Part shown: positions 1-7,994 of the stretch, one piece after another
Layout: the number at the start of each line of letters is the position of its first letter
How positions within the stretch are numbered: the stretch's first letter is position 1
NCBI GenBank assembly: GCA_949012915.1
Contig: CARLBU010000004.1
Location: 79,314-124,416 of the forward strand
Source: an uncultured Lachnospiraceae bacterium
GTDB lineage: Bacteria > Bacillota > Clostridia > Lachnospirales > Lachnospiraceae
Reading direction: 5' to 3'
DNA length: 45,103 bases
Position numbers and translations under genes: made by a program
The notes under the pieces: generated by a model
What the model was told of the DNA's origin: nothing
The model's input: the letters and a program-made list of their open reading frames with translations, nothing else
The model's database searches: none

Positions 1-202
1 GGAGCTTTTGCCGCTTACAGGATATGTGCATGGAGGGTGTTCTCCTATTGGGATGAAGAAAGTTTTTCCTACTGTTGTGCATTGTACGGTGCGGGAGTTT
101 GAGACGATTTTTTTTAGTGCCGGGAAGATAGGATGCCAGGTGGAAGTGGGGCTGGAGGGGCTTCGAAGGGTAATGGATTGTTTGGTGGAGGATATTGTGT
201 GA
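1..202 (+). CDS. YbaK/ProX-type aminoacyl-tRNA deacylase, 3' portion (5' end lies outside the window)
   Basis: ORF 8..202 translates to ...LTGYVHGGCSPIGMKK...; this matches the C-terminal region of the YbaK/EbsC Cys-tRNA(Pro) deacylase family. The frame is open to position 1. Confidence 0.55.
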   Translation, partial: ELLPLTGYVHGGCSPIGMKKVFPTVVHCTVREFETIFFSAGKIGCQVEVGLEGLRRVMDCLVEDIV

Positions 203-235
203 GAAAGGACATAAATAGGAGGGGGGAGGACGCAG

Positions 236-385
236 GCAGGAGAGAGGGATTCTTTGCTGGGGCCGTTTGCACTAAGGCTTCTTCGCAGCGGACACATAAG
301 GTGCTAAAGAACAGCACCTAAGTGCCGGCGGGAAGCAATACCCCTGCAAAGATTCCCTCTCTCCTGCCTGCTGTGTATTCCGACC
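236..385 (+). repeat. Family-1 palindromic repeat, copy A. A ~22-bp outer stem closes a conserved ~90-nt core, followed by a conserved tail CTGYRTATTCCGACC.
   Basis: Outer stem gcaggagagagggattctttgc pairs with gcaaagattccctctctcctgc. The core tggggccgtttgcactaaggc...gtgccggcgggaagcaataccc recurs at 980-1130, 23467-23618 and 23836-23985. The terminal hairpin GGTGCT/AGCACC shows compensatory changes relative to GGCACG/CGTGCC in the other copies. Confidence 0.8.
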
Positions 386-398
386 GGAAAGCTAGAAA

Positions 399-851
399 TT
401 ATTTGTGAATATACATTCTTGACATATGGGGTTCTCCATCTCCTTGAACCATATATAAGAATTCCCAGCCATATTTCTCATAGAAGCTGGTATGATCAGT
501 AAGTAAATAGATAGGCGTTATGGACTTGGATTTCAAATCCTCTACCACCATATTAAGCAAGTGTCCGGCTATCCCCCTACATCGGTAGTCTTTTTCTGTA
601 TAGACTGCACAGACATTAGGAACAAGATCTTTTCTATTGTGGAAGTCATTTTCAATTACACCAAGACCTCCTATTATTTTTTTCTCATCTAAGCAAAGAT
701 ACCAGCCATATTCCGTTTCGTTGTTAAGATAAGCGTTCATACATTCCAGATAAGCTTCTTTGGGAACGCCCCATTTACAATGGAACCATTCGGCTGCTGT
801 ATCTTTTATCTGTGGCTTTTGCCTTAAAGTGATATATGTGTACTTTTTCAT
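399..851 (-). CDS. GNAT-family N-acetyltransferase
   Basis: 150-aa ORF with a GNAT acetyl-CoA binding motif region (..RCRGIAGHLLN..). It lies between inverted family-1 repeats A and B. Confidence 0.75.
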   Translation of the reverse strand: MKKYTYITLRQKPQIKDTAAEWFHCKWGVPKEAYLECMNAYLNNETEYGWYLCLDEKKIIGGLGVIENDFHNRKDLVPNVCAVYTEKDYRCRGIAGHLLNMVVEDLKSKSITPIYLLTDHTSFYEKYGWEFLYMVQGDGEPHMSRMYIHK

Positions 852-979
852 ATTTTCTTTTCTCCGTTTTTGTTTTATGACTTAATTTCTTTCATTTTAC
901 TATGACTTTAAGAGCGTGGAAATTTGGTTTGTGTTCCCAATAGGGAAAATGCAGAAGGACGAATTTGAACACTTGAATT

Positions 980-1130
980 TAGGAATATACAGTATGGAGC
1001 AGAGAGGGTTTCTTTGCAGGGGTATTGCTTCCCGCCGGCACTTAGGCACGGTATTTTCGTGCCTTATGTGTCCGCTGCGAGGAAGCCTTAGTGCAAACGG
1101 CCCCAGCAAAGAAACCCTCTCTGCTTCATA
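980..1130 (-). repeat. Family-1 palindromic repeat, copy B (inverted relative to A)
   Basis: It is the reverse complement of the copy A core. Outer stem tatggagcagagagggtttctttgc pairs with gcaaagaaaccctctctgcttcata. The tail ctgtatattcc is on the inward side. Confidence 0.8.
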
Positions 1131-1156
1131 CGTCCGGTGTCTGGTTCAGCTCTATT

Positions 1157-2194
1157 TTAAAAGGTTTCTTCTACTTCTATTTGGCGGCAGCTACCTCTTA
1201 TAATAAGAGAATGTGGAACAATAATCTTTGTTGCCAGTAAATTAGGGTTTTCAATATGATTAATAAGCTGTGAAGCTGCTTCAATTCCCAGTTGGTGTGA
1301 ATTAATATCAATAGAAGTTAATTGAGGGGATGTAATCCGTGCAAACAGGGAATTATTAAAGGAAACGATAGAGAGATCCTCTGGGACAGACAAACCGCAC
1401 TGTACACAGATCCGCTTTAGTGCAACAGCTAAAATATCATCACTTGCGACAACGGCAGTAGGGCGATCTTCTCGTTTCAGCAGGGCATGGAAGAGTGGAT
1501 TCTGATCCAGAGAAAGCTGTTCTACTTCGATGCAGTAATCGGGGAAAATCGGTATTTGATGCTCCGAGAGTGCTAATTGATAACCGGCTTTGCGTTCTGC
1601 AGAAAAGAGCATATTATATTCGCTTCCGACATAGGCAATTCGTCTGTGACCTAAGCTGTATAGATATTCGGTGGCTTCTTTTCCTGCTAGAAGGTTGTCA
1701 TTATCGATATAGATGGTTTGGTTGACAAACTGCTTTGCTTTGCCAATTAAGACATAGAGCAGACCCTCATTGTAGAGGTAGTCAATAATGGCATCGTCTT
1801 GTTTGGAATAGAGGATAATATAGCCCCCCATTTGCTCATCTTTTCCTAGTGTTTGAATGGCACGCAGGATTTCTTCTTCGTCTTGTCCCGTTACAATGGT
1901 ACTGATATATTCTCTTCCGTTGCAGAATTGGCTGATTCCTCGGATTGCCTCTAAGTAGAAAGAATTTTCATAGACTTCTCTGGAGGAAGGAGGAAGAATA
2001 ATACTGATTGTCTGGGGAGATTGTCCGGTTTGTGAATTGGCGGAAATATTAGGTTCGTATCCTAATTGTGCCATCGCAAATCGGACTTTTTCTTTTGTTT
2101 CTCTGCTGATCGAAGAGTGATCTTTGCAGGTTCTGGATACAGTGGAGGGAGATACGCCTGCTAATGCAGCAACATCTCGGATTGTAACAGCCAT
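1157..2194 (-). CDS. LacI-family transcriptional regulator (likely maltose regulon repressor)
   Basis: N-terminal HTH MAVTIRDVAALAGVSPSTVSRT followed by a periplasmic-binding-like sugar-binding domain. Reads divergently from the PTS/malQ operon. Confidence 0.85.
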   Translation of the reverse strand: MAVTIRDVAALAGVSPSTVSRTCKDHSSISRETKEKVRFAMAQLGYEPNISANSQTGQSPQTISIILPPSSREVYENSFYLEAIRGISQFCNGREYISTIVTGQDEEEILRAIQTLGKDEQMGGYIILYSKQDDAIIDYLYNEGLLYVLIGKAKQFVNQTIYIDNDNLLAGKEATEYLYSLGHRRIAYVGSEYNMLFSAERKAGYQLALSEHQIPIFPDYCIEVEQLSLDQNPLFHALLKREDRPTAVVASDDILAVALKRICVQCGLSVPEDLSIVSFNNSLFARITSPQLTSIDINSHQLGIEAASQLINHIENPNLLATKIIVPHSLIIRGSCRQIEVEETF

Positions 2195-2418
2195 AATAGA
2201 TGCTCCTTTTTTGATATTTTCTGATTTATTGTAAGCTTGATTGTTTTTTGATTTATTTATAGATTATAAAAAGAAAATGGAAAAAAGTCAATCGTAAGAC
2301 GAGTTTCCTTTTCGTCATTTTTCATAAAATAGTAGGGGGATAATTATGCAATATATAGAAAATACTAAAAAGTTAGAAATTTTTATTGTAATTTTGTAGT
2401 AAATGCGGTACAGTTATG

Positions 2419-2448
2419 TTGCATAAAGTTTATGAAACTTTAGTGCAA
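2419..2448. promoter_or_regulatory. Candidate LacI-type operator palindrome: TTGCATAAAGTTT-atg-AAACTTTAGTGCAA
   Basis: Near-perfect 13-bp inverted arms containing TGCA cores, in the divergent intergenic region between the LacI regulator and the PTS gene. Further TGCAA repeats lie at 2445-2480. Confidence 0.35.
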
Positions 2449-2520
2449 ATATTTATGCAACACAATGCAATGTATTAATTTTTTTATTATTATATATCAA
2501 AATTAAGGAATGGAGGGTTT

Positions 2521-4791
2521 ATGATGAGTAACACAACAAAAGAAAAGGGCAAAATTTCAATTATTGCACCACTATCTGGAACGATTGTTGCATTGGAAGA
2601 AGTGCCCGATCCAGTGTTTTCGGAGAAAGCATTGGGAGATGGAGCTGCCATTTTGCCGGAGGACGGAAAGATTTATAGTCCTGTCAACGGAACTGTTGCA
2701 TCAATTGCTGCAACAAATCATGCATATGGGTTTCAATCGGAGGACGGGTTAGATGTCCTGGTACATGTCGGACTGGAAACGGTTGGATTAAATGGAGAGG
2801 GATTTACTCTCTATAAGAAAGAGGGGGACCTGGTAAAAGTAGGAGATTTGGTAGCAGAAGCGGATTTAGAATTGATCAAGGGGAAAAATTTGAATTTAAT
2901 TACTCCGGTGCTTTTGTGTGACGGAATGGACGGAAAGCAGATGGATGTGTGTTCCGGTAAAGTACGGGCAGGAAAGGATGCGGTATTGCTGGTAACGGAG
3001 GAAACGGCGGCTACTGTAGAAGAAAAGGAAACAGGTAGGGATGTTGTTTCGACAGAAACAAAGAGTGCAGGGCAAACGGTATCTGAAAAGAAACAGGAGA
3101 CTTCTGCTTCTAAGACGGCTTCTTCGGGGGGTTCGGAGAAGAAGGCGGGAATTAATTTTGATTTTCTGCAGAAATTGGGAAAAGTGCTGATGACGGTTAT
3201 TGCGGTAATGCCGGCAGCAGGACTGATGCTTAGCCTTGGAAAACTGATTCAGATGGGCGGGGCAGAGATTCCTTTTATTTTCACAATCGGCAGTACAATG
3301 GAGAATATCGGATGGGCGATTATTAACAATCTGCATATTTTATTTGCGGCTGCAATCGGCGGTTCTTGGGCAAAAGAACGTGCGGGAGGTGCATTTGCAG
3401 CGATTATTTCATTTATTTTGATTAACTGTATTACAGGAGCTGCTTTTGGTGTGACCAGCGGAATGTTAAATGAGTCTGGAGCAGTGGTTACTTCTCTTTT
3501 TGGACAGGAAATGCTGGTAGAAAATTATTTTACTTCTGTACTGGGGGCACCGGCTTTAAATATGGGAGTATTTGTAGGAATTATTGCCGGATTTGTAGGT
3601 GGTGTTGTCTATAATAAGTTTTATAATTTCCGTAAATTGCCGGATGCGTTATCATTTTTTAATGGGAAACGGTTTGTACCTTTAGCTGTTATTGCTTATT
3701 CTACAGGAATTTCTCTTGTTTTGGCAGTGATATGGCCGATTGTACAGACAGGAATTAATTCGTTTGGTGTATGGATTGCCAATTCTTCTTCCTCTTCTCC
3801 GGTTTTGGCACCGTTTATCTACGGAACGTTAGAGAGGCTTCTGCTGCCTTTTGGTCTGCATCATATGCTGACCATTCCGATGAATTATACTTCTTTCGGA
3901 GGAACTTATCTAATTCAGACCGGAATCAATGCGGGATCGGAAGTATTTGGACAAGATCCGCTTTGGCTGGCATGGGTAACAGATTTAATTAATTTTAAGG
4001 ATGCAGGAAATATTGCTGCTTATGAAAATTTATTGAATACGGTAACACCGGCTCGTTTTAAGGTGGGACAGATGATTGGTTCAACTGGTCTGCTTTTAGG
4101 AGTGGCACTTGCTATGTATCGGCGGGTGGATGAAGATAAGAAAAAGAATTATCGTTCTATGTTTGTTTCAACTGTGTTAGCAGTATTTTTAACCGGTGTA
4201 ACGGAGCCTTTGGAATTTATGTTTATGTTCTGTGCACTGCCGCTTTATATTGTCTATGCTGTACTGCAGGGGTGTGCGTTTGCAATGGCAGGTATTTTCG
4301 ATCTGCGGCTTCATTCTTTTGGAAACTTAGAATTTTTAACTCGTGTTCCAATGTCATTAAAAGCGGGATTAGGCGGGGATATTATTCATTTTATTATCTG
4401 CTGCGTTGCTTTCTTTGCGATTGGATATGTGATTGCTTACTTTATGATTGAAAAGTTTCAATTTGCTACGCCGGGACGTCTGGGAAATTATACAGATGAA
4501 AATGAGGAATCAGGCGGAGAGGCAGCGGCTTCTGATTCTGCGAAAAAGGGCGGACAAAACAGCCAGCCAGAGCGGATTATTGCGTTATTAGGCGGTCGGG
4601 AAAATATTATTTTAGTGGATGCTTGTATGACACGTTTAAGAGTAACGGTAAAGAATCCAGAACAGGTTGCAGATACTGCTGCATGGAAAGCAGAAGGAGC
4701 ACTGGGGTTGGTGAAAAAGGACAATGGAATTCAGGCAATCTATGGACCGAAAGCAGATGTATTAAAATCGGATATCAACGATATTCTTTAA
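2521..4791 (+). CDS. PTS glucose/maltose-family transporter; fused EIIA-EIIC-EIIB
   Basis: The N-terminal ~150 aa is an EIIA-Glc domain (..GDGAAILPEDGKIYSPVNGTV..HVGLETVGLNGEGF..). An ST/K/E-rich linker follows, then a multi-TM EIIC domain. The C-terminal EIIB carries the phospho-Cys motif ACMTRLRV. Confidence 0.85.
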   Translation: MMSNTTKEKGKISIIAPLSGTIVALEEVPDPVFSEKALGDGAAILPEDGKIYSPVNGTVASIAATNHAYGFQSEDGLDVLVHVGLETVGLNGEGFTLYKKEGDLVKVGDLVAEADLELIKGKNLNLITPVLLCDGMDGKQMDVCSGKVRAGKDAVLLVTEETAATVEEKETGRDVVSTETKSAGQTVSEKKQETSASKTASSGGSEKKAGINFDFLQKLGKVLMTVIAVMPAAGLMLSLGKLIQMGGAEIPFIFTIGSTMENIGWAIINNLHILFAAAIGGSWAKERAGGAFAAIISFILINCITGAAFGVTSGMLNESGAVVTSLFGQEMLVENYFTSVLGAPALNMGVFVGIIAGFVGGVVYNKFYNFRKLPDALSFFNGKRFVPLAVIAYSTGISLVLAVIWPIVQTGINSFGVWIANSSSSSPVLAPFIYGTLERLLLPFGLHHMLTIPMNYTSFGGTYLIQTGINAGSEVFGQDPLWLAWVTDLINFKDAGNIAAYENLLNTVTPARFKVGQMIGSTGLLLGVALAMYRRVDEDKKKNYRSMFVSTVLAVFLTGVTEPLEFMFMFCALPLYIVYAVLQGCAFAMAGIFDLRLHSFGNLEFLTRVPMSLKAGLGGDIIHFIICCVAFFAIGYVIAYFMIEKFQFATPGRLGNYTDENEESGGEAAASDSAKKGGQNSQPERIIALLGGRENIILVDACMTRLRVTVKNPEQVADTAAWKAEGALGLVKKDNGIQAIYGPKADVLKSDINDIL

Positions 4792-4846
4792 AAAATAGAA
4801 CGAGAATGGGTGATCTCGTTTAAGAAAATAGGAGGGAATAGAACAG

Positions 4847-5728
4847 ATGAAGCTGTTGACTTTAAATACACACAGTCTTCAAGAAGAGAATTATCTGCAG
4901 AAGCTCGATTTCTTTCTTTCTGTTATTCAGAAAGAAAAACCCGATTTGATCGCTTTGCAGGAAGTGAATCAGTCTCTGTCAGCACCTTTTGCAGATGCAA
5001 AGCTGCTGCAGGGCTGGGTTCCCTGCCCGGATGCCGTGCCGATTCGTCAGGATAACCATGCTGCACAGGCAGCATTTCGGCTGCATCAGGCGGGAATTCC
5101 CTGTTCTTGGACTTGGATCTCGGCAAAGATAGGATATGATATCTATGATGAGGGAATCGCCGTATTGGCTATTAATCAAAAACTAACCGAGATGGAATCT
5201 TTTTTTATCAGTGGTTGTCAGGACTATAAAAATTGGAAAACACGCCGGGTATTAGGCGTGCGGACAGAGAAGAGTGATCACTGGTTCTATACGGTTCATA
5301 TGGGCTGGTGGGAAGATGAAGAAGAACCTTTTTTGGCACAGTGGAAACGGCTGAATACTCGGCTGCAGCAGAAAGGGGAGGAATCTGTGATCTGGCTGAT
5401 GGGGGACTTTAACAGTCCGGCAGAATTTCGTGGACAGGGTTATGATTGTATCAGTGGGGATGGATGGCTGGATACTTATAATCTGGCAGGGCAAAAGGAC
5501 AGCGGGATTACAGTAGAGGGCTGTATTGATGGATGGAGAGAATTTTCTCAGGAGCAGGACAGACCGGAGGGAATGAGAATGGATGTGATTTGGTGTAATA
5601 AAGAGATGCCGATTTCGTATTCTAAGGTGCTGTTTAATGGAGAAAGAGAACCAAAGGTATCGGATCATTTTGGAGTTTTGATAGAGACAGAGGAAGAAAT
5701 CATGCAAAAGATGAAAGGAGAAAGATAG
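4847..5728 (+). CDS. Endonuclease/exonuclease/phosphatase-family protein, MapP-like (maltose-6'-phosphate phosphatase candidate)
   Basis: EEP catalytic signatures are present: LTLNTHS, ALQEVN, GDFN and SDHFGV. It sits between the PTS gene and malQ, as mapP follows malT in Enterococcus. Confidence 0.6.
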   Translation: MKLLTLNTHSLQEENYLQKLDFFLSVIQKEKPDLIALQEVNQSLSAPFADAKLLQGWVPCPDAVPIRQDNHAAQAAFRLHQAGIPCSWTWISAKIGYDIYDEGIAVLAINQKLTEMESFFISGCQDYKNWKTRRVLGVRTEKSDHWFYTVHMGWWEDEEEPFLAQWKRLNTRLQQKGEESVIWLMGDFNSPAEFRGQGYDCISGDGWLDTYNLAGQKDSGITVEGCIDGWREFSQEQDRPEGMRMDVIWCNKEMPISYSKVLFNGEREPKVSDHFGVLIETEEEIMQKMKGER

Positions 5729-7222
5729 ATGAAACGTTCAGCAGGTATTTTACTTCCCATTACCAGTTTGCCTTCCCGCTATGGGATTGGCTGTTTTTCA
5801 AAGAGTGCATATGATTTTATAGACTGGCTGAAAGAAGCCGGACAGACTTATTGGCAGATTTTGCCGCTTGGACCTACCAGTTATGGAGATTCTCCTTATC
5901 AGTCATTTTCTACTTTTGCAGGAAATCCTTATTTTATTAGTTTGGAGGCACTGATAGAGGAAGGGGTTTTGACAGAGGAGGAGTGTGAAGAGGCGGATTT
6001 TGGAAGTCAGTTAGAAGATATTGATTATGAGAAACTCTATCAAAATCGGTATCCTTTGCTTCGAAAGGCGTATGAACGCAGCAAGGTTAGTGAAAATGCG
6101 GATTATCTGCGGTTTGTAGAGGAAAATAAGTGGTGGCTTTCGGACTATGCGTTGTTTATGGCGGTTAAGGATCGGTTTGAGGGCGTAGCATGGACGCAGT
6201 GGGCAGAGGATATTCGGCTGCGTTGGGGATTTGCGATGGATTATTATCGCAGGGAGTTATATTTTGAGATAGAATTTCAGCAGTATATGCAGTTTAAGTT
6301 TTTTGAACAGTGGAGGCGGTTAAAGGCGTATGCCAATCAGAAGGGGATTGCCTTGATTGGGGATATTCCTATCTATGTGGCAATGGACAGTGCGGATACT
6401 TGGGCACATCCAGAATTGTTCCAGTTAGATGAACAGAATGTACCTTGTGCGGTAGCAGGATGTCCGCCGGATGGGTTTTCGGCAGACGGGCAGCTTTGGG
6501 GGAATCCTTTGTATCGCTGGGAGTATCATAAGCAGACTGGATATGAATGGTGGGTTTCAAGACTGGCTTATTGTTTTCGGCTGTATGATGTTGTGCGGAT
6601 TGATCATTTTCGGGGATTTGATGAGTATTATTCGATTCCTTATGGTGCGGAATCGGCGAAGATTGGGCATTGGGAAAAAGGTCCTGGGATTGAGCTGTTT
6701 CGCTGTGTAGAGCAGCGGCTTGGATGGCATGAGGTAATCGCAGAGGATTTGGGGTATGTTACGGATTCGGTGCGGCAGTTGGTTGCAGACAGTGGATTTC
6801 CGGGAATGAAGGTGTTGGAGTTTGCTTTTGATTCTAGGGATTCTGGATCGGCAAATGACTATCTGCCTCATAATTATATGGAAAATAGTGTGGCTTATAC
6901 AGGGACTCATGATAATGAGACAATCTGCGGGTGGTTTGAGTCGATTTCAAAGGCAGAGCAGCAGATGGCAAGGGAGTATCTTTGTGATCTTTATACGCCG
7001 AAGGAGTTGTTGTATAAGGCGTTTATTGCTTTGGTGATGCGAAGTAATGCAAAGACTTGTATTATTCCAATGCAGGATTATCTTGGGTATGATAATACAT
7101 GTCGGATTAATACGCCTTCTACAGTGGGGACGAACTGGAGGTGGCGTTTGACGGAAGAGGATTTGTCAAAGGAATTGCAGGAAGAGATTTTGGGTATTGC
7201 AAAGCGGTATGGGAGGATTTAA
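5729..7222 (+). CDS. malQ: 4-alpha-glucanotransferase (amylomaltase, GH77)
   Basis: 497 aa with a typical GH77 N-terminus MKRSAGILLPITSLPSRYGIG and conserved regions (..GDIPIYVA.., ..HFRGF..). Its start abuts the stop codon of the upstream gene. Confidence 0.9.
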   Translation: MKRSAGILLPITSLPSRYGIGCFSKSAYDFIDWLKEAGQTYWQILPLGPTSYGDSPYQSFSTFAGNPYFISLEALIEEGVLTEEECEEADFGSQLEDIDYEKLYQNRYPLLRKAYERSKVSENADYLRFVEENKWWLSDYALFMAVKDRFEGVAWTQWAEDIRLRWGFAMDYYRRELYFEIEFQQYMQFKFFEQWRRLKAYANQKGIALIGDIPIYVAMDSADTWAHPELFQLDEQNVPCAVAGCPPDGFSADGQLWGNPLYRWEYHKQTGYEWWVSRLAYCFRLYDVVRIDHFRGFDEYYSIPYGAESAKIGHWEKGPGIELFRCVEQRLGWHEVIAEDLGYVTDSVRQLVADSGFPGMKVLEFAFDSRDSGSANDYLPHNYMENSVAYTGTHDNETICGWFESISKAEQQMAREYLCDLYTPKELLYKAFIALVMRSNAKTCIIPMQDYLGYDNTCRINTPSTVGTNWRWRLTEEDLSKELQEEILGIAKRYGRI

Positions 7223-7250
7223 GAGGGGGAAAGAGGATTTCGGAGGGGAC

Positions 7251-7485
7251 GCCAGAGTGCATTAGGGGTACACGGTTCCGCTCTTCGGAAAGTAAGAGGC
7301 TCTAAGACTTCTGGTGTTGGGTGTATCTAACCGGACGGATCGGGGTGCAATTCGCCCGTACAGCGGGCTAAACACACCCCTTTTTTTGCCATTCGAGAAT
7401 GGCAAAAAATCCTAATGGATCGACAGAAGTCTAAGAGCCTCTAACTTTCCTACGAAGTCACCGTGTACCCCTAATGCACTCTGGC
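7251..7485. repeat. Family-2 repeat, copy 1. A ~185-nt conserved core carrying terminators, flanked by perfect 22-bp inverted arms found only in this copy.
   Basis: The core ccggacggatcggggtgcaattcgcccgtacagcgggctaaacacaccccTTTTTTTgccattcgagaatggcAAAAAAt is also present at 33288-33527. The arms cagagtgcattaggggtacacg and cgtgtacccctaatgcactctg are exact reverse complements. Confidence 0.8.
7352..7410. terminator. Tandem intrinsic terminators inside the family-2 core. The first is GGGGTG..CACCCC followed by T7 on the plus strand; the second is a bidirectional T6-GCCATTC-GAG-GAATGGC-A6 hairpin.
   Basis: A GC-rich stem is followed by a T-run, and a perfect 7-bp hairpin is symmetrically flanked by T6 and A6. 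They lie downstream of malQ. Confidence 0.65.
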
Positions 7486-7681
7486 TGTATTATGGCACAA
7501 TTTATGTTTTGTTTTTACCTTTTGTTGTTTTTTGTTATGAAATTAGATTGATTTTGGGTGTTTGCTGGATATATTTTTTTATTGGTTGGTTTATGATTTT
7601 TTTTTCTTTTCTTTTATTTTATTTATTTATTCCAGTGTTCCGTGTTTGTTATGTGTTTTTTGTTTTTATTTTAACCTCATT

Positions 7682-7828
7682 AAGGAAGTCCCCCGCTTTC
7701 GCCTTGGCGGCTTAGAAGCGGGGGACTTCCTTGTTTCAGTGGGAGTGCAGACTCCCACTGAAAAGTTGCGGTAGCAGCTATGAGGTTATGAGCAAGTAGC
7801 GAAGCAGATTGCGAATATCCGATTTGAC
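7682..7828 (+). repeat. Family-3 repeat, copy 1: an 18-bp GC-rich hairpin (AAGGAAGTCCCCCGCTTC/GAAGCGGGGGACTTCCTT) plus a 46-nt module aggttatgagcaagtagcgaagcRgattgcgaatatccgatttgac
   Basis: The hairpin and module recur at 33648-33752 and 29487-29583 with the same hairpin orientation. In the third copy the module orientation is reversed. Confidence 0.75.
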
Positions 7829-7994
7829 TAAAAGTGTAGAAAAAAGTGTTATTTGGGATGAAAAAGTGGTATAGTAGGATAAGAATAGTTTTGTTTGCAT
7901 TTATAAATTTGCGTTTGCAGAGATAGTAGAGGATAGAAAATTGGGTTTTGATAATGGGTATTATGTTGAAAGGTGTAGAGGGGGAAGTTTGCTG

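Noticed and set aside
133-321. Short ORFs across the family-1 repeats (133..321, 114..317, 916..1203, 900..1109, 23850..24041, 23898..24083, 23252..23530) giving recurring peptide strings such as LCRGIASRRHLGTVFSCLMCPLRGSLSANGPSKE
   Set aside because: They are translations of a palindromic repeat read in both directions. There are no SD sequences, and the same peptide is produced wherever the repeat occurs. The conservation is at the nucleotide or structure level.
2896-3336. 146-aa minus-strand ORF and other antisense ORFs inside the PTS, malQ, pnp, rnf and ADH genes
   Set aside because: They are fully embedded antisense to strongly supported genes, with Arg/Ser-rich low-complexity translations.
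7509-7774. Extremely hydrophobic Phe/Leu-rich small ORFs (68 and 70 aa)
   Set aside because: They fall in the T/G-rich, A-poor tract, so any frame encodes F/L/V/C. There is no ribosome-binding site. This is a composition artefact.
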